A DNA stretch of 62,219 bases, the filler included, from Asterionella formosa (taxonomy: Eukaryota): assembly GCA_002256025.1 (NCBI GenBank). It is 23 parts of 23 records of this genome, joined end to end, with 100 filler letters (N's around TTAATTAATTAA, not from the genome) between each part and the next. Parts side by side here need not be neighbours in the genome. Positions count along the whole stretch, not along the records: positions 1 to 2,617 come from NKIB01015046.1; positions 2,718 to 5,332 come from NKIB01015047.1; positions 5,433 to 8,047 come from NKIB01015048.1; positions 8,148 to 10,762 come from NKIB01015049.1; positions 10,863 to 13,477 come from NKIB01015050.1; 18 more parts are not named here. One strand, written 5' to 3'. Positions 1-11,341 of the stretch are shown here, piece by piece. The notes below the pieces were generated by a model. That model saw only the letters and a list, made by a program, of their open reading frames with translations. It did not search any database and had not been told where the DNA came from. The first letter of the stretch is position 1. Each line of letters starts with the position of its first letter. The translations under genes and the position numbers were made by a program.

Positions 1-2617
1 ACAACAGGTCTCGACGGCAAATTCGCTTTTGAGTGTGTCAGACCTGGGACGTACACAGTAAAAGAGATCACACCAGGCGGATACAGAGACGTGATCGACT
101 CCGATGGTGGAGATCCAAATGTCATTGTTGTGGATGTTTCTTCAACAGATAATGGAGGTCTGATTTTCGTCGATGAAAAGGTACCAGTTCCGAACGTACA
201 GCCTAGCCAAGCACCCTCCACAACCGCACCTGGAATGACGCCATCTACACAATCACCTGATGTAGCTCCCGACACAAGCGCTCCTGGTTTGACTCCATCT
301 ACCGGATCTCCTGGTCTAACACCATCCACAACTGCGCCTGGTTTGGTTCCAACTACCAGATCTCCTGGACAAACTCCTGTCACAAGCATACCTGGAATGA
401 CCACACCTACCGGATCACCTGGACTTTCACCATCTACAACTACTCCTGGAATGATCACTCCTACGAGCTCTCCTGGTCTAGCACCCTCCACAACCGCACC
501 TGGAATGACGCCATCTACACGATCTCCTGATGTAGCTCCTGTCACAAGCGCACCTGGTTTGACTCCATCTACCGGATCTCCTGGCCTAACACCATCCACA
601 ACTGCGCCTGGCTTGGCTCCAACTACAAGATCTCCCGGACAAGCTCCCGTTACAGTGGCACCTGGTCCAACTTCTACTACAAACTCACCCGGATCGATTC
701 CCTCCACTGCCTCACCTGGTTTTATTCCTTCAACTGAGGCACCTGTTTTGTTTTTCGGGTCAATCAGTGGTTTTGTCCTCGGAGATATCAATAACAGCGA
801 TACTGGTGATGTTCCTATTGGAGGAGTAAATTTGTTTTTGTTTGATAGCGCCGGCAAGATTGTCTCTTTTAAGTTGACAGACAGCAATGGATTTTATGAG
901 TTCAATAATTTGCCTACTGGCACATACACAGTAGTCGAGACTGATTTGCCTGGCTACATTTCTGTATCCGATAGCAGTGGTGCCAATGATAATTCCATCC
1001 AAGTTTCTCTTGGAGCAGGTAATAACTCGACTGGCAACAATTTTATCGATGAAATGACCCGCACAATTAGCGGGGTAGTGTTGGAAGACACTAACAACAA
1101 CAATGTGGGGGAAACGCCAATTTTGGGAGTTGTTGTGGAATTGCGATTTCCTAATGGCATGTTCATTGCAAACACAACTACGGACTCTAACGGTGTTTTT
1201 ACCTTCGATGGTATTCCTCCTGGTGTATACAGTGTTGTAGAGAAGACACCAGTTGGCTTTGTCGATGTAGGCGACAGTGATGGTGGCGATCCCAATGTAA
1301 TCATAATCGATGTGACTTCTGGAACAAGCACTAGTGGGAACTACTTCATTGACGAGCTTGCGAGTGGCTCTCCTGGCACAACAAGACCTGTCTTCGCACC
1401 TGCGACAAGTACGCCACAACCTACATATTCATCAACGACTTCACAACCGCTTCTGCAAACACCACTACCTACACTTTTGCCAACACCTATCTCAGTATCA
1501 CCTCCATCCGTCGCAAATACATTCATTCCAAGTATCAACCCTTCTCATATATTTTTAGGATCGATTTGCGGAAACGTTAAAGAGGACATCAACGACAACG
1601 ATATTGGCGATGTCAATCTTAGGGGTGTCAAAATTAGACTGCTTGACAGTAGCAACCATTTGGTTTCAGCGAAGAAGACTGACATTTTAGGTAACTACTG
1701 CTTCTTTGATCTTCCAGAAGGGATATACAACGTCTTCGAGATAAACCCAATTAGGTTTCCGTTTGATGTTAGTGATATCGATGGCAACAAATTTGACAGC
1801 CGTATAAGGGTTGACCTATCTTCTGGCGGAAATTCAACCGGAAACGACTTTGTTGACGAGAGGTGCAGGCGAATTGATGGAATCGTTCTGGAAGATATCA
1901 GCAATGACACAATTGGCGATCGACCGATAAATGGAGTCACTTTGGATCTCGTCACAGCCAATGGCACTCTCTTGGTGTCAGTTAAAACGGGTCGCCATGG
2001 TAAATTCTCTTTTTTCTGCGTGAGACCAGGAATGTACACAGTGAGAGAGAACACTCCAGCCGGATACAGGGATGTGATCGACTCCGATGGTGGAGATCCA
2101 AATGTCATTGCCGTGGACGTTTTATCAGCGGGAAAGGGTGGTCTTATTTTTGTTGATGAAAAGGTGACAGTGCCGACATTAAAACCTACTCCCCACCCAA
2201 CGCCCTCACCCACACAGAAGCTGACTCCAACACCAACGGCTCTACCAACAAGACAGCCAACGTCTTTACCAACACCGAAGCCTACTCTTCCTAGAACCTT
2301 TCCGCCAACACGTGGGCCCACAATCACAACAACGTACTCCCCAACGGCTCCGTTAACGCGGAAACCAACTGCTCCGCCAACACCGAAGCCTACTCTCCCT
2401 AAAACGGCTCGACCAACACGAAAACCCACATCCATACCAACTGCTCCACCTACGTTGTTACCAACGCATAGCAATCTTGTTCTTGGATCGATATGTGGAA
2501 ACGTTAAAGAGGACATCAACAACAATGATATTGGCGATGTTAATCTAAACGGCGTCACAATCAGACTGCTTGACAGTAGCAACCAATTGGTTTCAGCGAA
2601 GAATACTGACAGTTTAG
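1..2617 (+). CDS. Internal fragment of a large surface/secreted protein: tandem SdrD B-like (Cna-B type) domains separated by Pro/Thr/Ser-rich mucin-like linkers
   Basis: Frame is open across the whole contig. Repeated ~100-aa modules read GSI.G.V.EDxNNxxxGDxPIxGVxxxL...TDxxGxYxFxxLPxGxYxVxE...P.G...V.DSDGGDPN.I...NDFVDE. Confidence 0.8.
205..735 (+). repeat. Coding minisatellite, 30-nt/10-aa unit (PGxTPSTTxx), with a higher-order duplication offset by 270 nt
   Basis: 211-390 and 481-660 are near-identical. Domain-level duplications are also visible (about 1-190 vs 1985-2175, and 1555-1690 vs 2482-2617). Confidence 0.9.
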
Positions 2618-2717
2618 NNNNNNNNNNNNNNNNNNNNNNNNNNNNNNNNNNNNNNNNNNNNTTAATTAATTAANNNNNNNNNNNNNNNNNNNNNNNNNNN
2701 NNNNNNNNNNNNNNNNN
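2618..2717. other. Artificial contig linker (first of 22): N44-TTAATTAATTAA-N44
   Basis: The same 100-nt spacer, with stops in all six frames, recurs every ~2.7 kb. The sequences between spacers shrink from 2617 to 2601 bp, as expected for a length-sorted concatenation. ORFs ending in X-runs or LIN are linker artefacts. Confidence 0.98.
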
Positions 2718-3721
2718 CATTGCAGACACAATCCTAGCGATACCTCCTAACTGAGCAATCATCTCCTGGTTGTTGTCATTATTCACAGCCAAGTTCCCAA
2801 GCTCCATGAGACCATCTACTTGAAAATGAGCATGCTGCTCATTCCTTTGCATCTTTGAAACAATTGCAGAAATCCGCGACGAAATTGAACTGGCAATAGG
2901 CCTTCCTGTTTCAGCAATTCTCACATTGTTGTTGTCATTCAAAACCAAATTCACAAGCTTCATGAGACCTTCTTTTTGAATGTCAGCAATGGGAGACGAA
3001 ATTGAAGTGCTTGGAATTTCGGTTGAGGTCAACATGCAAAGTGCTCCTTCACCTTTTGCTTGCACATTGGCATTGGATGAGTGATTTCGCATAGCAGACT
3101 CAATTGTGTCAATCGCCTCCTTTTTGTTGTCATTATCTTCAGCCAACTTCCCAAGTGCTTGACAACCATACTCTTGCACATTAGCAGTGGAGGAATGAGT
3201 CTTCATCGCAGACAGAATCGTGGCGATACCTCCTTCTTCAGCAATTGTCATCTTGTTGTTATCATTACTGTCAGCCAAATTCACAAGTGCTCGACAACCA
3301 TAATATTGCACAATACCAGTGGAGGAATGAGTCTTCATTGCAGACAGAATCGCAGTGATACCTTCTGCTTTAGCAATCGTCATCTTGTTTTTGTCATTAC
3401 TGTCAGCCAGGTAAGCAAGTGCTGCACAACCATAGTCTTGCACATTAGCAGTGGATGAATGAGTCTTCATTGCAGACAGAATTGTAGTGATACCTCCTTG
3501 CTTCTTCAGCAATCATCACCTTGTTGTTGTCATTACTGTCAGCCAGCAAGTAAGCAAGTGCTGCACAACCATTCTCTTGCACACTAGCATTGGATGGATG
3601 AGTCTTCATTGCAGACAGAATCGCAGTGATACCTCCTGCAGCAGTGATTGCCACACTGAGGCAGTCATTCATAGCCAACTTCCAAAGTGTTCCACAGCCA
3701 TATCCCTGGACATTATCATTC
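2718..3721 (-). pseudogene. Armadillo-repeat protein fragment with a frameshift near 3500
   Basis: ~43-aa repeats GGIxxILSAMKTHSSxANVQxYGCxALxxLA are split over ORFs 3445..3678 and 2670..3512 by one extra base (gaa gca a gga ggt). Confidence 0.75.
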
Positions 3722-4084
3722 TATGTTAATTTCAAAACTTCTACCCAAATCCTGAGCATGTAGTACGCTTTAAGGCCATTAGATATAAGTTTATAGGAAA
3801 TGGTTTCTCCTAAAATATTGGTTGTAAAGTGTAATCGATTTAAATATTGCCAGAACACGGATTACACCAAGTTTTAAGGATTTATTGTTTCATGACATGC
3901 TTAGTAGCTATATATACAAAAATATCGCATTTGATTTATTTGGTTGGCGATTTAAGAGTAAAAAATTGTGACAAATACAAAAATTGATGCAAATTCTTTG
4001 ATATATTTATATTGCCCTCCACTCATTTGCTCCCCTCAAAAGGTATGTAACATTGATCTGTTGTCGTCATTCATGTTTGTTGAT

Positions 4085-4625
4085 TTAGCTGCTTGCTTCT
4101 TGTTTGCTTCGTTGCTCTGTTGTTCACTATATTAGATCCTTGACATAAATTGCCTTGCAGAAAGTTGTGTCGAAGAAATCGAGATCACAGCGGTGTCTTT
4201 TGAATTGTTTGACAAGCTTCTCAATGCTGATGGGGTCCGCTTCATGTGTTGTTGTGTCAACTTTGGCGTTCATCCTGTCATGTTGTTGTTCATCCAGATC
4301 TTTCCAAATCTTGAAGTATGCACGTAATTTTCACCTTTAATATAGATATGTATAACGCTCAACGGAGCTTTCACAATTAGACACCCTTTCCATATGTTTA
4401 AATACTGTCTTCGGACAAAGTAGGGGTGTAGGTCCACTCTATATATCGTCAGGATATAGTAGGATCTGGCGAGAAACTGCAGAAAAGGAATTTCGGCCTT
4501 TTACTATTTGTTGATCTGAGCACACTACCACCAGTAGAGTAGCTATATGTACATTCAGTGATGAAGAATCTATATATGTATATTTAGGGAATATGAGAAG
4601 AAATCTATGTATGCACGCGCTAATT
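4085..4625 (-). mobile_element. Degenerate dispersed repeat, possibly the C-terminal relic of a DDE (IS630/Tc1-like) transposase
   Basis: Minus strand reads LRAYFKIW...IEKLVKQFKRHRCDLDFFDTTFCKA. A homologous stretch lies at 43600-43745. The family assignment rests on recalled motif resemblance only. Confidence 0.35.
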
Positions 4626-4975
4626 TCCCCTCATTTTAATGTTTCAAATGGGAATCATCGATATTTCCAGAGAATTTCAGCAACCCTAAGAAGAAATATT
4701 ATTTTTCCTAGGGGTTCAAATGCAGGAACCTTAATCAAAGCAAGGTGTTAGCAGGTTGTGGATCTGTCGATATTTTCATTGAAGGTCAAGGTGCTGAGAT
4801 ACGAACCTTTTTATGTTGACATAATTTGCCAGTAATGGGTCACAGCAGTGCTTGAATTTTTATCTATAATTGTATATAATTTTATATACCATGCCGATCA
4901 AAGATTATCCCATTTGGTTTTCTCAAAATTATTTTTTTGAATTTTCGCATCAAGATATAACATGAGTACTGATAT

Positions 4976-5310
4976 TGTTGAAAAATAAGTGGCACCTAGT
5001 CTAGCGCACTCACTCCAGTACTGCCCTGGAATTACTGGTCGAGATCTTTCTTGCGCTGCTCGTCTGCAGATTATTCTGCTACTATATAAATCCTGTCTAT
5101 TTCTGTTTAGACATTCCTCAGACTACATCTTGTCTTCAGACACCTGTCAACATCAACAGCCTAACAGACACACTCGGACATGGTATACTAATTGATAATC
5201 TGTTTTATAGCCCATTCCTACTTCCTTCTTTCAAGGCAAGTACTCATTGTGCGGCCTGCCGACAAGACCTGTGCTTCCCTAGTTTTGTTTGTGTAAGTGA
5301 TTCCCCAACA
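4976..5310 (+). mobile_element. Candidate LTR (335 bp)
   Basis: TGTTG...CAACA termini and an internal CTATATAAA at ~5082. No target-site duplication (GATAT vs ACCTT). Confidence 0.45.
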
Positions 5311-5559
5311 ACCTTTCATGAAAGGTGATTGTNNNNNNNNNNNNNNNNNNNNNNNNNNNNNNNNNNNNNNNNNNNNTTAATTAATTAANNNNNNNNNNNN
5401 NNNNNNNNNNNNNNNNNNNNNNNNNNNNNNNNATTTATTTGGGTCAAACCAAAATTTATGTGTTCTAAAACAAAATTTATTCTACTTATCTAATAATTAT
5501 GTGATCAAACCAATAATTATGTGAGTTCGCAACAATATTTTTTTCCAACTAGCCCTCAT

Positions 5560-5911
5560 TGTTGTAACAACTACCGTATTCGACCGTATTGTAGGCCTTG
5601 AACCTAGTACTGTGTTAATCGAATACAGTTGATGAAATTGATAGCAACGAAGAAGTTGTCAAACTTAAACTTTCACTTTACTAACTGGATTGTTTCGAGA
5701 TAATGGTCTCGAAACACTCTTATTACTCACACTGCATTTTAACATTTTTTCTTGACCTCTGATTGCTTTTCCTTGCGTTGTGCCTTTTACCACGTCAGCC
5801 CAGGTAACTCTTGGTAGCGGCTGTACGGTTTTAACTGTAGTACTGTACTCTCTCGTGTCTACTATACCCTTCACGCCTGTCCTGTGGCAGTCAGCTCGAA
5901 TTTTTTTAACA
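5560..5911 (-). mobile_element. Candidate 3' LTR of Copia copy 1
   Basis: On the minus strand a purine-rich GAGGAGCG precedes TGTT (5911), and the segment ends in CAACA (5560). The pol ORF runs into it. Confidence 0.55.
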
Positions 5912-8046
5912 CGCTCCTCGGCTGTTGCCAGGGAACTGGCAGTCAGGGTATCGACGTGCGCAGCTCCTAGAAGCACATTTCGGAATGTTCTGAACAGGTT
6001 TCCTTGCAGTGGTTTCGTAAAGAAATCCCCCAACATTTCCAACGTTGGACAATGGCGAATGGTGATTCCTTCATCTACCGATCGATCCTTAATCCAGAAA
6101 TAGCGGATGTTGATATGCCGAGACTTTGGCCCTGCCGAAATTCGTCCGTTCTTCTCGAGTTTAATTGCGCTCTCGTTGTCTTGTTCGAAGAAACTTTCTT
6201 GAATCTTGTATCCCTGTGCTTCAAGAAACATTTTTACCCACAGCGTGTTCGGGAGATAATCGCTGGCGCCCACAAATTCAGCCTCCGTCGAACTCTTTGT
6301 GTTCAATTTCTGCTTGGTCGACTTGCATATGATGCCTCCAGTTCCAAAAGACATCACGCCACCGGTGTGGCTCTTCATGTCAGGGTGCACGGCAAAAGCC
6401 GCATCCACCCACGACCTCATCTTGCCCATGTCGTCGGCTCCAATGGTGTATTCCACATCCATACTTCCATTTATGTATTCCAACACCCGTCGTAGCTTTT
6501 GCTGATCTTGTTTGGTGCTTTTTGACACCCTGGTGCATAGGAAACTGACCGCCAGTAGCAAATCCGCTCTTGCCCTGATCGAAACGTAAAGCAGTTTCGC
6601 CACTACACTATGGAAAATCTCGGCTTCGTTCTGGCTCAAAAAGGGAGACTCCTCATCCACTTCGAATAAACACTTCTGGGCTGGCGTGGCCACTTCCCGT
6701 GTGATTGCCATCCCTGACTTGCTCAATGCTTCCTTAAGATATTCCTTCATAGTAATGACAGCTGTGCCCTTGCCTGTGTAATGTATATGCATGCCCAGGA
6801 AAATGTGCTCTGTTCCTCTGGTGACAGTCATTTTATCAAAGCGCTCCTCGATTTTTTCGATAATTGATGTTACGACGTCCGGGTCCACATGCGAAATCTT
6901 GTTGTCGTCTACATACCACGCAATCGTGCACTGCTTCCCGTTGATTGTGCAGTTAGCAATGCAAGAGTCGTAAGGGTTTAACACAAAACCCATCTCTTTT
7001 AGGGTGTTGTGGAATAAATCATACCATAGTAGGGCAGATTTGACGCACCCATAAATCGCTTTCACTAGCCTGACGTACAACACTTTGTTTCCTTTCTCGT
7101 TGGACACAAAATTCGTGTGCTCTGGATTCATGTTGCATAATATATCGACTGATTCACCAGTGAATTTCATAACAACGAAATCATCCATATCTGCTTTCAA
7201 ATACGCACCCGCCACATCTGCTGTGGCGACATCTCTTCCTTCATGTGCATCAATCATGATGGACAACATGAGCGCATCGGTGGATACTGTTGGAGATGCC
7301 GTTTGCGACTTGTCATAAAGTGATCGCTGCGGTCTCCCGTCGGCTACTGTACGCCCCTTGAGGCGTCCGTCTCTCTTCTCTTTGATGAGATTGATGGCTC
7401 GGAGCGCTCCCGTCCTCTGTTCCCTGGTAAGGGAGTTCGCGCTTACGGGTTCGTACACATCCAGCTCCTCTAGTTGTGCAAATTCTCTCATCAGGGCGGC
7501 CTCCGCCGCTTTCCCGTGTTTCTTTATTCCCGCCTTCGCGGTCATCTGGTTCATTACATACCCAAAAATATGTTTACTTGTGTTGTCGTCTGCGTATGGC
7601 ATCGTTGTTCGAAATCCGCGTTGTACGAACTGTCTTGGTGGAAAGTATGACTTGTTGCTATGCGGTGCATCAATGGCCTGCTTGAACTGTTCACTTGTGG
7701 CTACCCGGCGTTGTCGGGGATTATGTGGTCTGTGTTCCCCTGCCAACGCTCCTTGATCTGCCACCTCGTAGTCGTTGTCAGAACCCGCTTCTTGATTGGC
7801 TTCTTCAATGGTCGCTGTCTCTTCCATAGACGCTCCTTGTTCCAAGTGCGCTCCTTGGTTTTCGTTGTTGTGTTCATGTTGTATGTAGTCATCGTAGACA
7901 AGCGTGACGTCATCAACGTCGATCGTGTTTGGGTCTCCTGGGTCCGGGTCGACTGGATTTGGCTCGACTAGCGGTGCATCGTCCAAAACCGTAGGGTGTG
8001 GCCCATCATGGAGCAGATCGGCAACTTCGTGATCATCGATGGCATC
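5665..8046 (-). CDS. Ty1/Copia (CoDi-like) pol, 5'-truncated: reverse transcriptase + RNase H, copy 1
   Basis: Motifs KGRTVADG, DVAGAYL, KAIYG, WYVDD (RT) and VDAAF, SSTEAE, QDN, RHINIRYF, GDFFTKPL (Ty1 RNase H). Frame is open to the contig end. Confidence 0.96.
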   Translation of the reverse strand, partial: DAIDDHEVADLLHDGPHPTVLDDAPLVEPNPVDPDPGDPNTIDVDDVTLVYDDYIQHEHNNENQGAHLEQGASMEETATIEEANQEAGSDNDYEVADQGALAGEHRPHNPRQRRVATSEQFKQAIDAPHSNKSYFPPRQFVQRGFRTTMPYADDNTSKHIFGYVMNQMTAKAGIKKHGKAAEAALMREFAQLEELDVYEPVSANSLTREQRTGALRAINLIKEKRDGRLKGRTVADGRPQRSLYDKSQTASPTVSTDALMLSIMIDAHEGRDVATADVAGAYLKADMDDFVVMKFTGESVDILCNMNPEHTNFVSNEKGNKVLYVRLVKAIYGCVKSALLWYDLFHNTLKEMGFVLNPYDSCIANCTINGKQCTIAWYVDDNKISHVDPDVVTSIIEKIEERFDKMTVTRGTEHIFLGMHIHYTGKGTAVITMKEYLKEALSKSGMAITREVATPAQKCLFEVDEESPFLSQNEAEIFHSVVAKLLYVSIRARADLLLAVSFLCTRVSKSTKQDQQKLRRVLEYINGSMDVEYTIGADDMGKMRSWVDAAFAVHPDMKSHTGGVMSFGTGGIICKSTKQKLNTKSSTEAEFVGASDYLPNTLWVKMFLEAQGYKIQESFFEQDNESAIKLEKNGRISAGPKSRHINIRYFWIKDRSVDEGITIRHCPTLEMLGDFFTKPLQGNLFRTFRNVLLGAAHVDTLTASSLATAEERVKKIRADCHRTGVKGIVDTREYSTTVKTVQPLPRVTWADVVKGTTQGKAIRGQEKMLKCSVSNKSVSRPLSRNNPVSKVKV

Positions 8047-8274
8047 ANNNNNNNNNNNNNNNNNNNNNNNNNNNNNNNNNNNNNNNNNNNNTTAATTAAT
8101 TAANNNNNNNNNNNNNNNNNNNNNNNNNNNNNNNNNNNNNNNNNNNNATTTATTTGGGTCAAACCAAAATTTATGTGTTCTAAAACAAAATTTATTCTAC
8201 TTATCTAATAATTATGTGATCAAACCAATAATTATGTGAGTTCGCAACAATATTTTTTTCCAACTAGCCCTCAT

Positions 8275-8626
8275 TGTTGTAACAACTACCGTATTCGACC
8301 GTATTGTAGGCCTTGAACCTAGTACTGTGTTAATCGAATACAGTTGATGAAATTGATAGCAACGAAGAAGTTGTCAAACTTAAACTTTCACTTTACTAAC
8401 TGGATTGTTTCGAGATAATGGTCTCGAAACACTCTTATTACTCACACTGCATTTTAACATTTTTTCTTGACCTCTGATTGCTTTTCCTTGCGTTGTGCCT
8501 TTTACCACGTCAGCCCAGGTAACTCTTGGTAGCGGCTGTACGGTTTTAACTGTAGTACTGTACTCTCTCGTGTCTACTATACCCTTCACGCCTGTCCTGT
8601 GGCAGTCAGCTCGAATTTTTTCAACA
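8275..8626 (-). mobile_element. Candidate 3' LTR of Copia copy 2
   Basis: Same structure as 5560-5911, with TGTTG...CAACA termini. Confidence 0.55.
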
Positions 8627-10761
8627 CGCTCCTCGGCTGTTGCCAGGGAACTGGCAGTCAGGGTATCGACGTGCGCAGCTCCTAGAAGCACATTTCGGAA
8701 TGTTCTGAACAGGTTTCCTTGCAGTGGTTTCGTAAAGAAATCCCCCAACATTTCCAACGTTGGACAATGGCGAATGGTGATTCCTTCATCTACCGATCGA
8801 TCCTTAATCCAGAAATAGCGGATGTTGATATGCCGAGACTTTGGCCCTGCCGAAATTCGTCCGTTCTTCTCGAGTTTAATTGCGCTCTCGTTGTCTTGTT
8901 CGAAGAAACTTTCTTGAATCTTGTATCCCTGTGCTTCAAGAAACATTTTTACCCACAGCGTGTTCGGGAGATAATCGCTGGCGCCCACAAATTCAGCCTC
9001 CGTCGAACTCTTTGTGTTCAATTTCTGCTTGGTCGACTTGCATATGATGCCTCCAGTTCCAAAAGACATCACGCCACCGGTGTGGCTCTTCATGTCAGGG
9101 TGCACGGCAAAAGCCGCATCCACCCACGACCTCATCTTGCCCATGTCGTCGGCTCCAATGGTGTATTCCACATCCATACTTCCATTTATGTATTCCAACA
9201 CCCGTCGTAGCTTTTGCTGATCTTGTTTGGTGCTTTTTGACACCCTGGTGCATAGGAAACTGACCGCCAGTAGCAAATCCGCTCTTGCCCTGATCGAAAC
9301 GTAAAGCAGTTTCGCCACTACACTATGGAAAATCTCGGCTTCGTTCTGGCTCAAAAAAGGAGACTCCTCATTCACTTCGAATAAAAACTTCTGGGCTGGC
9401 GTGGCCACTTCCCGTGTGATTGCCATCCCTGACTCGCTCAATGCTTCCTTAAGATATTCCTTCATAGTAATGACAGCTGTGCCCTTGCCTGTGTAATGTA
9501 TATGCATGCCCAGGAAAATGTGCTCTGTTGCTCTGGTGACAGTCATTTTATCAAAGCGCTCCTCGATTTTTTCGATAATTGATGTTACGACGTCCGGGTC
9601 CACATGCGAAATCTTGTTGTCGTCTACATACCACGCAATCGTGCACTGCTTCCCGTTGATTGTGCAGTTAGCAATGCAAGAGTCGTAAGGGTTTAACACA
9701 AAACCCATCTCTTTTAGGGTGTTGTGGAATAAATCATACCATAGTAGGGCAGATTTGACGCACCCATAAATCGCTTTCACTAGCCTGACGTACAACACTT
9801 TGTTTCCTTTCTCGTTGGACACAAAATTCGTGTGCTCTGGATTCATGTTGCATAATATATCGACTGATTCACCAGTGAATTTCATAACAACGAAATCATC
9901 CATATCTGCTTTCAAATACGCACCCGCCACATCTGCTGTGGCGACATCTCTTCCTTCATGTGCATCAATCATGATGGACAACATGAGCGCATCGGTGGAT
10001 ACTGTTGGAGATGCCGTTTGCGACTTGTCATAAAGTGATCGCTGCGGTCTCCCGTCGGCTACTGTACGCCCCTTGAGGCGTCCGTCTCTCTTCTCTTTGA
10101 TGAGATTGATGGCTCGGAGCGCTCCCGTCCTCTGTTCCCTGGTAAGGGAGTTCGCGCTTACGGGTTCGTACACATCCAGCTCCTCTAGTTGTGCAAATTC
10201 TCTCATCAGGGCGGCCTCCGCCGCTTTCCCGTGTTTCTTTATTCCCGCCTTCGCGGTCATCTGGTTCATTACATACCCAAAAATATGTTTACTTGTGTTG
10301 TCGTCTGCGTATGGCATCGTTGTTCGAAATCCGCGTTGTACGAACTGTCTTGGTGGAAAGTATGACTTGTTGCTATGCGGTGCATCAATGGCCTGCTTGA
10401 ACTGTTCACTTGTGGCTACCCGGCGTTGTCGGGGATTATGTGGTCTGTGTTCCCCTGCCAACGCTCCTTGATCTGCCACCTCGTAGTCGTTGTCAGAACC
10501 CGCTTCTTGATTGGCTTCTTCAATGGTCGCTGTCTCTTCCATAGACGCTCCTTGTTCCAAGTGCGCTCCTTGGTTTTCGTTGTTGTGTTCATGTTGTATG
10601 TAGTCATCGTAGACAAGCGTGACGTCATCAACGTCGATCGTGTTTGGGTCTCCTGGGTCCGGGTCGACTGGATTTGGCTCGACTAGCGGTGCATCGTCCA
10701 AAACCGTAGGGTGTGGCCCATCATGGAGCAGATCGGCAACTTCGTGATCATCGATGGCATC
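8380..10761 (-). CDS. Ty1/Copia (CoDi-like) pol RT-RNase H, copy 2
   Basis: Near-identical to copy 1; a few substitutions (RATEH, KFLFEVNEE, SESG, RVEK). Confidence 0.96.
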   Translation of the reverse strand, partial: DAIDDHEVADLLHDGPHPTVLDDAPLVEPNPVDPDPGDPNTIDVDDVTLVYDDYIQHEHNNENQGAHLEQGASMEETATIEEANQEAGSDNDYEVADQGALAGEHRPHNPRQRRVATSEQFKQAIDAPHSNKSYFPPRQFVQRGFRTTMPYADDNTSKHIFGYVMNQMTAKAGIKKHGKAAEAALMREFAQLEELDVYEPVSANSLTREQRTGALRAINLIKEKRDGRLKGRTVADGRPQRSLYDKSQTASPTVSTDALMLSIMIDAHEGRDVATADVAGAYLKADMDDFVVMKFTGESVDILCNMNPEHTNFVSNEKGNKVLYVRLVKAIYGCVKSALLWYDLFHNTLKEMGFVLNPYDSCIANCTINGKQCTIAWYVDDNKISHVDPDVVTSIIEKIEERFDKMTVTRATEHIFLGMHIHYTGKGTAVITMKEYLKEALSESGMAITREVATPAQKFLFEVNEESPFLSQNEAEIFHSVVAKLLYVSIRARADLLLAVSFLCTRVSKSTKQDQQKLRRVLEYINGSMDVEYTIGADDMGKMRSWVDAAFAVHPDMKSHTGGVMSFGTGGIICKSTKQKLNTKSSTEAEFVGASDYLPNTLWVKMFLEAQGYKIQESFFEQDNESAIKLEKNGRISAGPKSRHINIRYFWIKDRSVDEGITIRHCPTLEMLGDFFTKPLQGNLFRTFRNVLLGAAHVDTLTASSLATAEERVEKIRADCHRTGVKGIVDTREYSTTVKTVQPLPRVTWADVVKGTTQGKAIRGQEKMLKCSVSNKSVSRPLSRNNPVSKVKV

Positions 10762-10989
10762 ANNNNNNNNNNNNNNNNNNNNNNNNNNNNNNNNNNNNNN
10801 NNNNNNTTAATTAATTAANNNNNNNNNNNNNNNNNNNNNNNNNNNNNNNNNNNNNNNNNNNNATTTATTTGGGTCAAACCAAAATTTATGTGTTCTAAAA
10901 CAAAATTTATTCTACTTATCTAATAATTATGTGATCAAACCAATAATTATGTGAGTTCGCAACAATATTTTTTTCCAACTAGCCCTCAT

Positions 10990-11341
10990 TGTTGTAACAA
11001 CTACCGTATTCGACCGTATTGTAGGCCTTGAACCTAGTACTGTGTTAATCGAATACAGTTGATGAAATTGATAGCAACGAAGAAGTTGTCAAACTTAAAC
11101 TTTCACTTTACTAACTGGATTGTTTCGAGATAATGGTCTCGAAACACTCTTATTACTCACACTGCATTTTAACATTTTTTCTTGACCTCTGATTGCTTTT
11201 CCTTGCGTTGTGCCTTTTACCACGTCAGCCCAGGTAACTCTTGGTAGCGGCTGTACGGTTTTAACTGTAGTACTGTACTCTCTCGTGTCTACTATACCCT
11301 TCACGCCTGTCCTGTGGCAGTCAGCTCGAATTTTTTCAACA
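10990..11341 (-). mobile_element. Candidate 3' LTR of Copia copy 3
   Basis: Same structure as 5560-5911. Confidence 0.55.

Noticed and set aside
760..2582. Long antisense ORFs here and opposite the Copia, TPR and DTD1 genes
   Set aside because: Shadows of the real coding strand with no recognisable motifs.
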